A DNA stretch of 64,000 nucleotides from an uncultured Acidobacteriota bacterium (GTDB lineage Bacteria > Acidobacteriota > Thermoanaerobaculia > Multivoradales > SZUA-115), in contig CAWDVR010000002.1 of the NCBI GenBank assembly GCA_963805975.1, positions 1,056,001 to 1,120,000 of the forward strand. The letters are read 5' to 3'. Positions 62,808 through 64,000 of this stretch are shown piece by piece (position 1 is the first letter of the stretch; every line of letters starts with the position of its first letter). The notes under the pieces are model-generated. The model was not told the origin of the DNA, searched no databases, and worked only from the letters and a program-made list of their open reading frames with translations. A program made the position numbers and the translations under genes.

Positions 62808-64000
62808 ATGGATCCCGGCTTCCAGAAGGTCCGCCGCTTCAGCCTCGGCCGCCGCGACCGCCGCCGCGAGGTGGAGGAGGAGCTCGCTTTTCACCTCGAG
62901 TCGAGCCAGCGCGATTTGATGGCCACCGGCCTCACGGCGCCGCTGGCCCGTGAGGAAGCCGACCGGCGCTTTGGCGACCTCGACCGCTACCGCAAGGCCT
63001 GCCTGACCATCGACCAACGTCGCGAACGCGCGGAAAGGCGAGGTGAGCTCGTGACCGACCTGTTGCTGGACTTCAAATACGCCCTGCGCTCCTTCCGCAA
63101 GAGCCCGGCCTTCCTGGCCGGCACCGTGCTGACCCTGGCGCTCGGCATCGGCGGGGCCACCGCCGTCTTCTCCGTGGTCTACGGCGTGATGCTCAAGCCG
63201 TTGCCGTTCCCCGAGCCGGATCGCCTGATGCACCTCTGGGAAAAGAACCCGGAGCGCGGCTGGACGTTCAACGAGGCGTCGCCCGCCAACTTCCTCGACT
63301 GGCGCGAGCGCGCCACCAGCTTCTCCGGGATGACCGCCTACAGCACTCTCGGCAACGACATGGCGCTGACCGGCGACGGCGAGCCCGACCACATCGCCGG
63401 CGTCCTGGTCTACCCGAACTTCTTCGAGGTGCTGGGTCTCCATCCGGTGCTGGGCCGCTGGTTCGAGGAGCAGGATTCCTGGCAGGGCAAAGCGACCGTG
63501 GTGGTGCTCTCCCACGAGATCTGGCAGCGGCGCTTCGGTGGCGACCCGGCCCTGGTGGGCCAGAGCATCCAGTTGAACGGCCGAGACCGGCTGGTGGTGG
63601 GCATCGCGCCGGCCGGCATCCCGTTTCCCCAGCCCGGCTTCGACTTCTGGCTGCCCATCGCCTGGGAGCCGGCCAACCGCTCCGAGGTCTGGTTCCGGCG
63701 CGCCCATTTCGTCCGGCCGGTGGCGCGCCTCAAACCGGGGGTCTCGCCCGAGGCCGGCTCCACGGAGCTCGAGACGATCGCGGCGCGGCTCGAGAAGGAG
63801 TATCCCGAGACCAACCTGCAGATGGGCGCCGGCCTCACGCCGCTCTCCGCATGGATGAGCCGTGGCAGCCGCCTGTCGCTCCTCGTGCTGCTGGCGGCGG
63901 TCGGGCTGTTGCTCCTCGTGGCCTGCGCCAACGTGGCCCATTTGCTTCTCGCCCGCGCCGCGCCGCGCACCGAGGAGATGGACGTGCGCACGGCGCTCGG
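62808..64000 (+). CDS. ADOP-type ABC permease (truncated by the window end)
   Basis: Manual translation: EVEEELAFHL..RRFGD, DFKYALRSFRKSP, LALGIGGATAVFS, VACANVAHLL. Confidence 0.88.
   Translation, partial: MDPGFQKVRRFSLGRRDRRREVEEELAFHLESSQRDLMATGLTAPLAREEADRRFGDLDRYRKACLTIDQRRERAERRGELVTDLLLDFKYALRSFRKSPAFLAGTVLTLALGIGGATAVFSVVYGVMLKPLPFPEPDRLMHLWEKNPERGWTFNEASPANFLDWRERATSFSGMTAYSTLGNDMALTGDGEPDHIAGVLVYPNFFEVLGLHPVLGRWFEEQDSWQGKATVVVLSHEIWQRRFGGDPALVGQSIQLNGRDRLVVGIAPAGIPFPQPGFDFWLPIAWEPANRSEVWFRRAHFVRPVARLKPGVSPEAGSTELETIAARLEKEYPETNLQMGAGLTPLSAWMSRGSRLSLLVLLAAVGLLLLVACANVAHLLLARAAPRTEEMDVRTAL

Overview
High-GC (~70% by eye) bacterial window, probably Acidobacteriota (two PadR + duplicated ABC-permease 'ADOP' cassettes). 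It is dominated by respiration genes. (1) From 1 to 33.7 kb is a respiratory island bracketed by divergently transcribed haem-biosynthesis genes (hemA-hemL on the left, hemH-hemY on the right). Inside it an Alternative Complex III (ACIII) is split into two convergent operons. The membrane subunits actC-actD-actF (+ strand) are followed by a cupredoxin-like protein and an A1-type haem-copper oxidase that lacks the K-channel lysine. The peripheral subunits actA-actB-actE (- strand) are followed by a CydA-like 'bd-like' oxidoreductase with no CydB, three c-type cytochromes (one with an EB_dh/DOMON haem-b-type domain) and a putative maturation module: tandem USP, Mrp ATPase, Zn-ribbon protein and radical SAM/SPASM enzyme, with five copies of a PCP_red-like domain across three of these proteins. 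(2) From 33.7 to 47.6 kb are accessory genes, including a BrnT/HTH toxin-antitoxin pair and a ~1030-aa exported cytochrome P460-pentahaem fusion. (3) From 47.9 to 60.8 kb is a canonical, intact actABCDEFG-sco-coxBACD (A2-type caa3) operon behind a CRP/FNR-type palindrome. About 15 single-base frameshifts lie between 6 and 33.4 kb, most likely long-read errors. No rRNA, tRNA, CRISPR array or transposase was recognised. All calls come from motif recognition by eye; no database searches were run.
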